Below are positions 33,091 to 43,238 of a stretch of 64,000 nt of DNA, in pieces. The notes below the pieces were generated by a model. It saw only the letters and a program-made list of their open reading frames with translations. It did not search any database and had not been told where the DNA came from. Origin of the DNA: an uncultured Planctomycetaceae bacterium. GTDB taxonomy: Bacteria > Planctomycetota > Planctomycetia > Planctomycetales > Planctomycetaceae. Numbering within the stretch: the stretch's first letter is position 1; each line of letters starts with the position of its first letter. The stretch spans positions 448,001-512,000 of the forward strand of contig CAWFGE010000023.1 in NCBI GenBank assembly GCA_963815195.1, read 5' to 3'. A program made the translations under genes and the position numbers.

Positions 33091-34654
33091 GTGTCTGGCC
33101 GTTTTCTATGGCGCGAACTGGGTAGAGTGTGTAAAGTAGGCAATCCTGTCGTCCGCGATGTGCGGGGGCGAGTTGATTTCACTTCCAGAGGAGGGATTGC
33201 GATGCAGGAACCCCGAGTTGCCAAAGAGGTTTATATCGAGTCAATGCGGTCGGAGCTTGAGGGCTTGTTGGGCGAAGTGATGGAGGCCGTGAATGCGGCG
33301 CCGGGCGGTCGCGTGATTGCCGACAGTGAGGAGCAAGTGCGGCAGTTGATGCACGAGTTTCGCCGCCGGGCTTACGAGCGGGCCGTGCAGATGCGAGCGG
33401 ACTCAGCCGAGTCCGCTTTTCCCCCCTCCGGAGAACGAAGCGACGGGAACACCCATGCGCAACAAAGGTCGCCAGAAGCACACCGTGATGACGGTCAACG
33501 GGCGGGTTAAGCTTCGCCGGATTCGCTGGCAACCAGCCGGCGGCGGCAGCGTGACGCCGCTGGATGAGTGGTTGGACGAAGCCTGCCAGCAGTTCACGCA
33601 AGGCGTCGTCGAATTGGCCTGCCGATTGAACCGTTGCGAAAGCAGTTTTCTGGAACTGTCCGTGACCCTGAAGCGTGCGGCGGGGCTTTCGATCGGCAAG
33701 GAAACGCTCCGGCAATTGATCGAAGCCGAAGGCCAAACGGTCTTGGAACAAACGCGTCGCAACGAACTGAGGCCCGACTGGGAGGCGTCGGATTGCCAAA
33801 CCCCTGAGGGCGAAACTCGCGTGTATTTCGGTTGTGACGGCGTGAAGGTTCCCGTGATCACGGAGACGGAAAAGAAGCAGCGGCGGGCTCAGGTCGTCGA
33901 GAAACGGAAAGAACGCAAATCCGAGGGCCGCTCTCTCAATCCGTTGGAACGATTGAAGCCGGGCGCCGACGGCCCGTACAAGGAATTTCGTCTGGTGCAG
34001 TTTTATTCGGAAGACCAGGAAAACCGCTGGATCAGCGTCAGCCGGGGCGACCATGAAGTGGTCGGGCGGGTGATGCGCCGGGACGCCTCGCGGATTCAGT
34101 TGGATCAGGCGGACGCTTCGATCGGGATTTATGACGGGGCCGTGTGGATCGATCGCCAAGCGGAGAAACAAGGCCTGCGGTTGACCGCCCGCGGACTCGA
34201 CTTCTGGCATCTTCGGGATTACGCGCAAAAGACGCGGCGGTCGCTTTACGGAGACGACGAAGCCGGCAAAAGCTGGCTGGACGAATTGATGCACACCTTC
34301 AAGCATGAAGGTTACGAAACAGCGTGGGATCAGCTCACGACCCAGCGGGCCCAACTGGAAAACGAAACGAAAAAGCAAGCCCTGGATGGACTCTTGCACT
34401 ACATGGCCGAACGCAGCCATCTGATTAAATACCCCGAGTTCCGCGCCAACGGGTGGCAAATCGGCAGCGGTCCAACCGAAGCCCAATGCCGCACGACCAC
34501 CAGCCGCATCAAAGGCAAAGGCCGCCGCTGGGATCCCGACAACGCCCTGGCCGTAATGGCCTTGGAAGCCCTCCACCAAAGCCACGCCTGGGACTCTCAC
34601 TGGAACCTCAATTGACCAACCAACTTAACCCCGCCAGAATTTCCGGCCACACAC
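33091..34654 (+). mobile_element. ISKra4-like (Mutator-type DDE) insertion sequence, copy 1, 1564 bp
   Basis: Ends GTGTCTGGCCG / CGGCCACACAC; same ends, length and protein as the inverted copy at 55161-56724; no target duplication. Confidence 0.9.
33202..34615 (+). CDS. ISKra4-like transposase in two frames (orfA from 33202, orfB 33455-34615) joined at TTTTCCCCCC
   Basis: GCDGV (D), YDGAVWI (D), LDFWH, IGSGPTEAQC (E), RIKGKGRRW. Confidence 0.88.
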
Positions 34655-34668
34655 ACCGCAGAAGCGCC

Positions 34669-34800
34669 CGGGTGCCACTGGCAGCTTGCTGCCAGTGTTT
34701 TTACAATCCAAACACACACCGGGAAAACCGTCCGTAAGCCAATTCCGCGAAGCCACTGGCAACAAGTTGCCAGTGGCACCCGGCGCCAGTGGCACCCGGC
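34669..34800. repeat. REP pair (GGGTGCCACTGGC...GCCAGTG family) with a partial third copy
   Basis: CGGGTGCCACTGGCAGCTTGCTGCCAGTG at 34669-34697; inverted copy 34754-34782; GCCAGTGGCACCCGGC repeated at 34785-34800. Confidence 0.85.
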
Positions 34801-35177
34801 GTCCCGCACTGCTTCCTGTTCCCCGGTGGGGTCTTGGTCATCCGACAGGTCTCCCTGCTTTATGTATCTGGCCTTCGGACCATTCCGCCTCCAACCACCT
34901 GACTGCTCCCGCCATCGCTTTGACACGCGGGCACCGCCCGCAGGGTGGTCCCTCAGCGTGGCGGGCTTCCCAAAACAGGTCTGGGCTTCGCCGTTCCCTA
35001 GCAGGCTCGCCAGACAGCCCGGCCGAATCGAGTTCACTTGCGTTACGGAATGGTCGTTCTCCTCCGGTTGTTTCCCACCCCCTGTCGTCAGGACGCAGTG
35101 ACCATCAGATACAGGCCGGAGAGCGTCTGCCTGAAGGGGACTTCCACCTCTCGAACCAGATACACTCACAGGCACAC
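34801..35177 (-). ncRNA. 5' fragment (roughly domain I) of a group II intron; no RT ORF or domains V/VI
   Basis: Minus strand starts GTGTGCC (GUGYG), then GGTGGAAGTCC...GGGGTGGGAAACAACCGGAGG...GAACTCGATTCGGCCGG...GGCGAGCCTGCTAG...GGCGAAGCCC...GGGAGACCTG, matching my recollection of bacterial group II intron 5' regions. Confidence 0.8.
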
Positions 35178-35316
35178 TAGGGTCCGCTGTGCGGACCATT
35201 GGGTTTCTTGGAATTCTACGAATGGCTTGCAGAATCGCGCGCCCGTTGTTGCAATGATTTTGGGCCACGAAGTGAAAATGGTCCGCACAGCAGTCTAGGG
35301 TCCGCATGCGCGGACC
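35178..35316. repeat. REP cluster (TAGGGTCCGCTGTGCGGACC family)
   Basis: Hairpin copy at 35178-35197, partial inverted copy at 35280-35291, variant copy at 35296-35316. Confidence 0.8.
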
Positions 35317-35366
35317 ACCAATCCTCGTCAGCCAAATCGAAACAGAATTCGCATCAAGGTTCAGGC

Positions 35367-36809
35367 ATGTTACACCCACCGTTCAATCGGCGCGAGATGT
35401 TGTCCCGCAGCGGCATGGGGCTGGGATCGCTGGCGTTCGCCCAGTTGCTCCAGCAGACGGGAAACCTCGTTCAAAGTCAAAAGGCGGACGCGGGACTCCG
35501 CGGGCCCAACCCGCTGGCTCCCAAGCCCGCCCAGTTTCCGTCGCGGGTCAAGCACGTCATTCATCTCTTCATGAACGGCGGCCCATCGCATGTCGACACC
35601 TTCGATCCCAAGCCGATGTTGCAAAAGTACGCGGGGAAGAAATTGCCGAACGGGAATCTCCGCACCGAGCGCCCCACCGGAGCCGCTTTCCCTTCGCCGT
35701 TCAAGTTTCAAAAATATGGCCAGAGCGGCATCGAAGTCAGCGAGCTTTTCCCGCACGTGGGGAAGTGCGTGGACGACCTGGCGGTGATTCGTTCGATGCA
35801 CGCCGACGTCCCCAACCACGAGCCGTCGCTGTTGTTGATGAACTGCGGCGAAGCCCGCTTGATCCGGCCGAGCCTGGGATCCTGGCTCACATATGGCTTG
35901 GGCAGCGAGAACCAAAACCTGCCGGCGTTTATCGCGATGTGTCCTGGCGGCTATCCGATCCAGGAATCGCAAAACTGGCAGTCGGGTTTCTTGCCGGGGA
36001 TTTACCAGGGGACTTATATTGACACGAAGCACACCGAGATCGACAAGCTCATCGCCCACATCAAAAACGACCGCGTCTCGAGAGCCGACCAACGCCGGCA
36101 GTTGGATTTGCTGTTGGCCCTCAACGTGCGGCATCAAGACCAGCGGCCGAACGATCCCGAACTCGACGCCCGCATTCAATCCTTCGAACTCGCCTACCGC
36201 ATGCAGCAAGAGGCAGCCGAGGCCTTCGATGTCAGCCGCGAACCGAAGCACATTCAGGAGATGTACGGTCCCGGTACGCAGGCTCGGCAGATTCTGATCG
36301 CCCGCCGGCTCGTTGAGCGCGGCGTTCGCTTTGTGCAGGTTTGGCACGGCCAGGGCCAGCCTTGGGACAGCCACGACGACATCGAAGTCAACCACCGCCG
36401 GCTGGCCCGCGAATGCGACCAGGCGATCGGGGCCTTGATCACGGATCTCAAACAGCGCGGGATGCTCGAAGAGACTTTGATTATCTGGGGCGGCGAGTTC
36501 GGCCGCACTCCCGCCGTCGAATTGCCCAAGAAAGGCAGCAACCAGGGCAAAGTCAACGGCCGGGACCACAACCACTACGGCTTCACGATGTGGCTCGCCG
36601 GCGGCGGGGTAAAAGCCGGGACGGTTTACGGGGCCACCGACGAGTTCGGCTTCAAAGCTGTGGAAAACCGCGTGCACGTCCACGATCTGCACGCGACGAT
36701 TCTCCGGCTGATCGGCTTCGATCACGAACGCTTCACCTACCGCTATGCCGGCCGCGACTTCCGTCTGACCGATGTCCACGGCCGAATTATCGACGACCTG
36801 ATCGCGTAG
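35367..36809 (+). CDS. DUF1501-family protein (Tat-like signal)
   Basis: NRREML, FMNGGPSHVDTFDPKP, ARRLVERGVRFVQ, WGGEFGRTP, GRDHN, HVHDLHATIL. Confidence 0.93.
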   Translation: MLHPPFNRREMLSRSGMGLGSLAFAQLLQQTGNLVQSQKADAGLRGPNPLAPKPAQFPSRVKHVIHLFMNGGPSHVDTFDPKPMLQKYAGKKLPNGNLRTERPTGAAFPSPFKFQKYGQSGIEVSELFPHVGKCVDDLAVIRSMHADVPNHEPSLLLMNCGEARLIRPSLGSWLTYGLGSENQNLPAFIAMCPGGYPIQESQNWQSGFLPGIYQGTYIDTKHTEIDKLIAHIKNDRVSRADQRRQLDLLLALNVRHQDQRPNDPELDARIQSFELAYRMQQEAAEAFDVSREPKHIQEMYGPGTQARQILIARRLVERGVRFVQVWHGQGQPWDSHDDIEVNHRRLARECDQAIGALITDLKQRGMLEETLIIWGGEFGRTPAVELPKKGSNQGKVNGRDHNHYGFTMWLAGGGVKAGTVYGATDEFGFKAVENRVHVHDLHATILRLIGFDHERFTYRYAGRDFRLTDVHGRIIDDLIA

Positions 36810-36854
36810 TCGTTCGCTTTCCGTTTTAGGTCCCGCGGCCCGAGGAATCATCCC

Positions 36855-37772
36855 ATGACCGATCCCATCAATCGACGGCAGGCTCTGGTCGCGGCGGCTT
36901 CAAGCGTGTTGGCCGGGACGCTATGGCATCCCTTCGCGAAAGCGGCCGGCGACAAGAAGGAACCCGAGCAGCCGATTTGCGTATTTACGAAGCCGTTCAA
37001 TTCCCTCTCGTTCGATCAACTGGCCGAGGGTGTGGCCGAATTGGGTTTCGACGGCATCGAAGCCCCGATTCGAAAAGGCGGCCACATCGAGCCGGCGGAG
37101 GCCCAAGACAAATTGCCCAGGCTGGCCCTGGCTCTCAAAAAGCGGGGCCTGGAAATCACGGTGATGACCTCCGACATCAACGATCCTCGCGATCCACTCA
37201 CGGCCAAGGTGCTGCGGACCGCGGCTGGACTGGGCATCCGGCGGTATCGCATGAAGTATCTGACCTACGATCTCAAACGGCCCGTCGACCAGCAACTCCA
37301 CGAATGGCAAGCCCAGCTCAAGGACCTCGCGGCGATGAACCGCGAGATCGGCATTCGGGCGGTGTATCAAAATCACGCCAGCGGTAAACTCCTCGGCGCG
37401 GCGATTTGGGATTTGGCTGTCGTGCTCGAAGGGATTCCAGTGGAGCAAATCGGCGTGGCTTACGACATCCGCCACGCCGCGGTGGAAGGCGGGATGAGTT
37501 GGCCGATCACGTTCCAAAAAATCCGCCCGCATATCGACACCGTTTACGCGAAGGATTTCCGCTGGGTCAACGGAAAACCGGAAAACGTGCCGTTGGGAGA
37601 AGGGCAGGTCAGCCCGCAGGTTTTCCAGATGCTCGCCCAATCGAATTTCGACGGCCCGGTTTCCTTGCACGAGGAATACCTGGACCACCGCAAGCCGGAA
37701 TTGGTCCCCGAGCATTTCGCGGCGATGAAGCGCGATCTGGCCACGCTCAAACGCTGGCTGAACCGCGCCTAA
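36855..37772 (+). CDS. Sugar-phosphate isomerase/epimerase (xylose-isomerase-like TIM barrel) with Tat signal
   Basis: NRRQAL, GFDGIE, YQNH, YDIRH, KDF, PLGEG, SLHEEY. Confidence 0.85.
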   Translation: MTDPINRRQALVAAASSVLAGTLWHPFAKAAGDKKEPEQPICVFTKPFNSLSFDQLAEGVAELGFDGIEAPIRKGGHIEPAEAQDKLPRLALALKKRGLEITVMTSDINDPRDPLTAKVLRTAAGLGIRRYRMKYLTYDLKRPVDQQLHEWQAQLKDLAAMNREIGIRAVYQNHASGKLLGAAIWDLAVVLEGIPVEQIGVAYDIRHAAVEGGMSWPITFQKIRPHIDTVYAKDFRWVNGKPENVPLGEGQVSPQVFQMLAQSNFDGPVSLHEEYLDHRKPELVPEHFAAMKRDLATLKRWLNRA

Positions 37773-37992
37773 AAGACTCCGCCGATCATCGCAAATCGGT
37801 TCCGAAAGGGCTCCCATCATTTGCCCAATCCCTGCGCGGATTTGCCAAGCGAAATCGCAGGCGTGGTGCGGAAAGTTCCTTCGCGAAGATCTTTTCTGCA
37901 TTTGGGCGCGCGTTGGAAAACTTGCGGATTTTCCGCGGTTTCCCCATCAATCGCCGCGGTTTATCAAAGCGGAGATCTCGATTGCGAACGCC

Positions 37993-38009
37993 TTGGCATG
38001 CCGATTGCT
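37993..38009 (+). promoter_or_regulatory. Sigma-54 (-24/-12) promoter upstream of the DUF1559 gene
   Basis: TTGGCATGCCGATTGCT matches TGGCA(C/T)-N5-TTGC(A/T) with GG-N10-GC spacing. Confidence 0.7.
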
Positions 38010-38284
38010 TTTCGAGTCAACGACTCGTTTGAGCCCAAGCGTTCGACCCGCCTGAAACCCGCCTGCCCCACGCTGGAGTCCGTCTGCCCCATGTAATCTC
38101 CCTACCGTAACTCGGCCGTGCGACGGGCCATCGCACGTTATTCCCGCCCGTGAATCCCGCTTTGTCTTCCTTCGGATTGTTCCCGCGATTGGACTGTTTT
38201 CCGCGTGCCTTTTGCGGTCTTGGTCCGCGCCCCGATTGTTTTCCCATTCCTGTTTTGATTTTTTTGTTTCGAGGAGTCGAAATC

Positions 38285-39304
38285 ATGTTGCCGACGCGAT
38301 TGAATCGGTCCGCCCGCTTACGGGGCTTCACGTTGATCGAGCTTTTAGTGGTGATTGCGATCATCGCCATCTTGATTGCCTTGTTATTGCCCGCGGTGCA
38401 GCAAGCCCGCGAAGCCGCCCGCCGCACCGAGTGCAAGAACCAGCTCAAGCAGCTCGGCTTGGCGCTCCACAACTATCACGATTCCAACCTGACGTTTCCG
38501 ATGGGGACGCGTTATCCCATCAGCGCGCCGAATTGGCGGGTGGGCATTTTGCCTTATCTCGATCAGGCCGCGCTCTACAACAACGTGGACATCAATTCGC
38601 AAGCGACCATTGGCGGGTTTTCGAGCAAGCGCGAAGACAGCGGCAGCTACGGCTACGGGACCGGCCGGAATGCCGTGCTCAAGGGGCTCGCTGTGCCCAA
38701 TTGGAATTGCCCCTCCAGCCCCAACTCCAAAAACGCCAGCGGACAGTCCCCGACATATAACAATGCCGAGCTCGGGCAGACGATGGATTACGTCGGCATC
38801 GCGGGCGCCACGCCCGACCCCGGCGGGAACACGGGCGTGTGTTCCGGGACGACCGGTTACGGCGGGATCTTCTGCGAGAACGGCATGCTGTTCCCCAACG
38901 GCAACACGCGGATCCGCGACGTGACGGACGGGGCCTCGAATACGATGATCGTCGGCGAGCAATCGGGACGCGTGGGCGGCACGAAAGACATCCGCGCAAA
39001 CTACCACGGCGGTTGGGCGGGTTTTACGGTCACGCAGCGGCCGGCTTCCATGACCGGTTCCCCGTGGGGGTCCGCCACCACGACGCTCAGGTATCCCATC
39101 AATGCGGGCCTCTCGGTTTGCGTCGGTGGCTCGGGCTGCGACGCGACGTACGACGGCAACACCGTGCTCAACTCGTTTCACCCGGGAGGAACTCAAGTGC
39201 TACTCGTCGACGGCTCGGTGCATTTCCTCTCGGAAAACATGAACCTCAACACCTTCCGCAGCCTCGGCGCCCGAAACGACGGCCAGGTCGTCGGCCAGTT
39301 TTGA
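38285..39304 (+). CDS. DUF1559 prepilin-type N-methylation protein with H-X9-DG motif
   Basis: GFTLIELLVVIAIIAILIALLLPAVQQAREAARR, DVTDGASNT, HPGGTQVLLVDGSV. Confidence 0.95.
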   Translation: MLPTRLNRSARLRGFTLIELLVVIAIIAILIALLLPAVQQAREAARRTECKNQLKQLGLALHNYHDSNLTFPMGTRYPISAPNWRVGILPYLDQAALYNNVDINSQATIGGFSSKREDSGSYGYGTGRNAVLKGLAVPNWNCPSSPNSKNASGQSPTYNNAELGQTMDYVGIAGATPDPGGNTGVCSGTTGYGGIFCENGMLFPNGNTRIRDVTDGASNTMIVGEQSGRVGGTKDIRANYHGGWAGFTVTQRPASMTGSPWGSATTTLRYPINAGLSVCVGGSGCDATYDGNTVLNSFHPGGTQVLLVDGSVHFLSENMNLNTFRSLGARNDGQVVGQF

Positions 39305-39358
39305 CGATCAATCGAGAAACGATTCTCCCTCCCAATTCTCTTATCACGGAACAGACCG

Positions 39359-39784
39359 ATGATTCCAGGACTCTTGAAGATTCTTAAAACGCATTCGTTA
39401 TCCGCAGCCGCTTTGGCCGTTTTCCTCGGAGCACTTTGCGGTTGCGGCGGCTCGGAACCTTCGGGCAGCGTGCAGGGCACGGTGACCCTCAAAGGCAAGC
39501 CGCTCGAAGACGGGCAGGTGCTGTTATTTGCCGAACCGGGACGGCCGGTGTCGGCGGCGGCGATTTCCGCGAACGGCGTCTTTCAATTCGCCGAGCCGAT
39601 TCCCGCGGGCAAATATGCGGTCGCGATCTTGCCGGCCGGGGAAGAACTTCCCGCCGGTGCGGAGCCTCCTTCCGTGAAAACCGCCCTTCCCCAAATCCCT
39701 CCGAAATACCGCAGCGAAGTCACCAGCGGCTTAAACGCGGCCATCCAACCAGGCGATAACGCCTTGACGTTTCAGATGAAATAG
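39359..39784 (+). CDS. Small lipoprotein of the type usually paired with DUF1559 (carboxypeptidase-regulatory-like fold)
   Basis: Lipobox LCGC, VQGTVTLKGKPL, IPPKY...TSGL. Confidence 0.8.
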   Translation: MIPGLLKILKTHSLSAAALAVFLGALCGCGGSEPSGSVQGTVTLKGKPLEDGQVLLFAEPGRPVSAAAISANGVFQFAEPIPAGKYAVAILPAGEELPAGAEPPSVKTALPQIPPKYRSEVTSGLNAAIQPGDNALTFQMK

Positions 39785-39793
39785 GGACCATGT

Positions 39794-39857
39794 ATCAGCC
39801 CGAGCGCGCTAGCGTCCGGTTATCCCAATAAACCGGGGCTAGCGCCCTGCGGCTGAT
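39794..39857. repeat. REP-like hairpin
   Basis: ATCAGCCCGAGCGCGCTAGCGTCCGGTT...AACCGGGGCTAGCGCCCTGCGGCTGAT. Confidence 0.7.
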
Positions 39858-40086
39858 CGATGCGACAATTATTGTTCGAGCGATCCTCACCTTTCTCAAC
39901 TTCTTCCCTCGGGCTTTGCTTCGCCGCGGAATGATCCCGCCGGTGTCCAAGGCCCGTTTGTTTGTTTCTTCCGTCCACCCTTCGCCGCGAGTTTTTCGCC
40001 GATGCTTTGGCCTTTGCCTCGGTTTTGGTTTAATCTGTAAGCCGTTGGTTTTGCCAAACGGATCAAACCTTTGAGGAGTTCTGGCC

Positions 40087-42112
40087 ATGCGAGTCACCGA
40101 ACGGCATCGTTTCGCCCTCGGCACTGCGCTCGATTTTCGCGCTCATGTTCTCCCAAGCCTCGGCGGGGCTGAAGGAGGAATTGCTGCCGAGGCTCCAGTC
40201 GCATCGCGGGCGGGTCGCGGTGTCGGTGAAACATCTCAAGCTGGGCACGGGGTTCGATTTTCAAGCCGACGAACCGATGTCCACGGCGAGCCTGATCAAA
40301 CTCCCGGTGATGATCGAAGCCTACCGCCAGGCCGCGGCGGGAAAGATCGACCTCGATGCCCCGGTCACATTGCGAGAGGAAGACAAGGTGCCCGGTTCGG
40401 GGATCCTCACCACGCAGTTTTCCCCGGGGGCCCGGTTTCCGCTGCGGGACGCGATTCGCTTGATGATCGCCTATTCCGACAACACGGCCACGAACCTGGT
40501 GCTCGATCAAATCGGGTTGAAAGCCACCAACGAATATATGGAGAAGCTCGGCTTTCCCAACACGAAAATCCATGCCAAGGTGTTCCGGCGGGACACATCC
40601 ATCGCCCCCGACCGCAGCCGGCAATTTGGGTTGGGCAGCACGACAGCGAAGGAGCTGGTTTCGCTCTTGGAGCTTCTCCATCAAGGCAAACTGGCCGATG
40701 CGGAACACACGAAGGCGATGCTCGAACATCTGGAGCGCTGCGAGGACAAAGCCCGCTTTCCGCGGCTTTTGCCGGCGGGAACCAAGGTGGCTCATAAGAC
40801 CGGTTCGGTCTCGCGGGTCCGCACGGATGCGGGGATCATCTTTTCTCCGTCGGGGCCGATTGCCCTCTGCGTGCTGACGGCGGAGAACCAGGACCAGCGC
40901 TGGACCGAAGACAACGCCGGCACGCGGTTGTGCAGCGACGTGGCGAAGATTGTGTTCGATCATTTTAATTCCAAACCTGCGGTCGCGGCGGCGAATCCGC
41001 AGGAACTGAAACTCGGTGCGGAAGGCCCGTTGGTTGAGGACTTGCAAAGAACCTTGAACGCCCGCTTGGAGCCTTCGCCGCAAATTGCCCAAGACGGCGA
41101 GTTCGGCCCCGAAACCCAATCGGCCGTGGAGCGGTTTCAGAAAGAGCACAAGCTGACGGTCAGCGGCATCGTCGCGGCGGAGACTTGGAAGGCGCTCGGA
41201 ACATTGGTGACAACCGACCCGCCAGTGCCGGCTCCGGAACAAGTCAATCACGCCGAGTTGCCCGTCACCGACGCGGACCCGCTCAGCGGGCCGCCTCTGG
41301 TGACCTCGAAAGCCTGGGCGATTGCCGACGCCGAGACGGGGAAACTTTTGGAAGGCCGGCAGGCGGACAAACCCCGCGATTTCGCGAGCACGACGAAAAT
41401 GATGACGGCCTATCTCGTCTTGAAACTTGCCGAGACCGAGCCAAAGGTGTTCGACGAAGAGGTCGTGTTTTCCGAGAGGGCCGACACCACCGGCGGCTCG
41501 TCGGCGCGGATTCGCGCGGGAGAACGGCTCCCCGTCAGAGAACTGCTTTACGGACTCATGCTGCCTTCGGGGAACGATGCCTCGATCGCCTTGGCCGAGC
41601 ACTTCGGCGGCCGGTTTGCCAAGGACAAAACCGAAGAACCCGATCCGCTGGATTCGTTCGTGGCGGAGATGAACCGCACTGCAAAAGCCTTGGGCATGGA
41701 GCACACGACTTACAAAAATCCGCACGGCCTCACCGCGGAAGGCCATCAGAGCACCGCCGAGGATTTGGCGAAGCTTGGGCATGCGGCGATCCGGCTTCCC
41801 AAGTTTCGGGAGTACATCAACACCCGGCAGCACGGCTGCACTTTGACGGGGCCGGGCGGCTATCGGCGGAACATCGTTTGGAAGAACACCAACCAGCTTT
41901 TGGGCATCCGGGGCTACCACGGCATCAAAACCGGCACGACCTCCGCGGCCGGGGCGTGTCTCGTTTCGCTCGGCGAGCGCGGCGGGAAATCGGTGATCGT
42001 CGTCGTCCTGGGAGCCACCTCCGGCGATGCCCGCTACGTCGATACCCGAAACCTCTTCCGCTGGTGGTGGCAGGAAGGCGAAGCCCTCAGCCAAGAATCA
42101 AAGGAAAACTAA
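40087..42112 (+). CDS. Serine hydrolase fusion: class A beta-lactamase-like domain + peptidoglycan-binding domain + S11 D-Ala-D-Ala carboxypeptidase; apparent frameshift in the signal peptide near 40135
   Basis: Domain 1 SLIK/SDN/KTG; DGEFGPETQSAVERFQ PG-binding motif; domain 2 STTK/SGN/KTG; GAGGAG RBS before 40087. Confidence 0.88.
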
Positions 42113-42115
42113 CCG

Positions 42116-43207
42116 ATGCGACTGGTCACTTTTGGCGAAGTGATGCTCCGGCTCGCGCCGCAGGAGTTTTACCGGCTCCGGCAGACGATGCCCGGGACTT
42201 TGGATGCCACGTTCGGCGGCGGGGAACTCAACGTCGCGGTCTCGGTGGCGGTTCAGGGCGGGAAGTCTGCGTTTCTGACGGTGCTGCCCGACAACCCCAT
42301 CACCGACGCGTTCGTCCAGGAACTAAAAAAGCTCGGCGTGGATGCTGAGCTGGTGATCCGCTCAAACCGCGGCCGGTTTGGGATTTATTTTGTCGAAACC
42401 GGAGCCAACCAGCGCGGCGGCACCGTGACTTACGACCGCGACGGATCGGCGATTTCGATTTTTGATCCTGACGAGTACGATTGGAACGCCTCGTTTGAGG
42501 GGGCCGACTGGCTGCACGTCACGGGGATTACGCCGGCTTTGAGCGAGAACGCCGCGGAAGCGACGTTGCTGGCCCTCAAAAATGCGCGGGAGCGCGGCTT
42601 AAAAATCTCCTGCGATTTGAACTACCGCAAAAAACTCTGGCGGTGGGACAAGAAAACCCCTCCGGTGGACCTGGCCCGCAAAACCATGCGGGAACGGATG
42701 CCTTTGATCGATTACGTGATCGCCAACGAGGAAGACGCCGATTTGGCGCTTGGTATTCGGGCGGAGGAAACCGATGTGGAGGCCGGTGAACTCAACGCGG
42801 CGGCTTACGCAGGCGTGGCCCGGCGGATTGTGGAAGAGTTCCCCAACGTCTTAGGCGTCGCGATCACGCTTCGCGAAAGCCTTTCCGCGAGCCATAACAA
42901 TTGGGGGGCGATGTATTACGAATCCGGTTCTCAAAAGTCGCATTTCGCACCGACGACGGCGGACGGCGTTTATACTCCCTATGAGATTCGCAATATCGTG
43001 GACCGCGTCGGGGCGGGGGATTCGTTTGCCGGGGCATTGATCTTCGCCATGAACACGCCGGGGCTCGATACGTTTCCCACGGCTCTCGAATACGCCGTCG
43101 CCGCGAGTTGTTTGAAGCACAGCATCAAAGGCGATTTCAATTACGTGACGCGATCCGAGATCGAAAGCCTGATGCGCGGCTCCGGCAGCGGCCGCGTGCA
43201 GCGCTGA
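42116..43207 (+). CDS. PfkB-family sugar kinase (2-keto-3-deoxygluconate kinase-like)
   Basis: VTFGEVMLRL, GGGELNVAV, DLNYRKKLW, NEED, DRVGAGDSF. Confidence 0.9.
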   Translation: MRLVTFGEVMLRLAPQEFYRLRQTMPGTLDATFGGGELNVAVSVAVQGGKSAFLTVLPDNPITDAFVQELKKLGVDAELVIRSNRGRFGIYFVETGANQRGGTVTYDRDGSAISIFDPDEYDWNASFEGADWLHVTGITPALSENAAEATLLALKNARERGLKISCDLNYRKKLWRWDKKTPPVDLARKTMRERMPLIDYVIANEEDADLALGIRAEETDVEAGELNAAAYAGVARRIVEEFPNVLGVAITLRESLSASHNNWGAMYYESGSQKSHFAPTTADGVYTPYEIRNIVDRVGAGDSFAGALIFAMNTPGLDTFPTALEYAVAASCLKHSIKGDFNYVTRSEIESLMRGSGSGRVQR

Positions 43208-43238
43208 TTGATAACCGAGGACCACTGACGCATCATTC

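Noticed and set aside
34597..35379. ORFs across the REP/intron region as a possible reverse transcriptase
   Set aside because: No RT motifs such as YADD; the region is better explained as structured RNA and repeats
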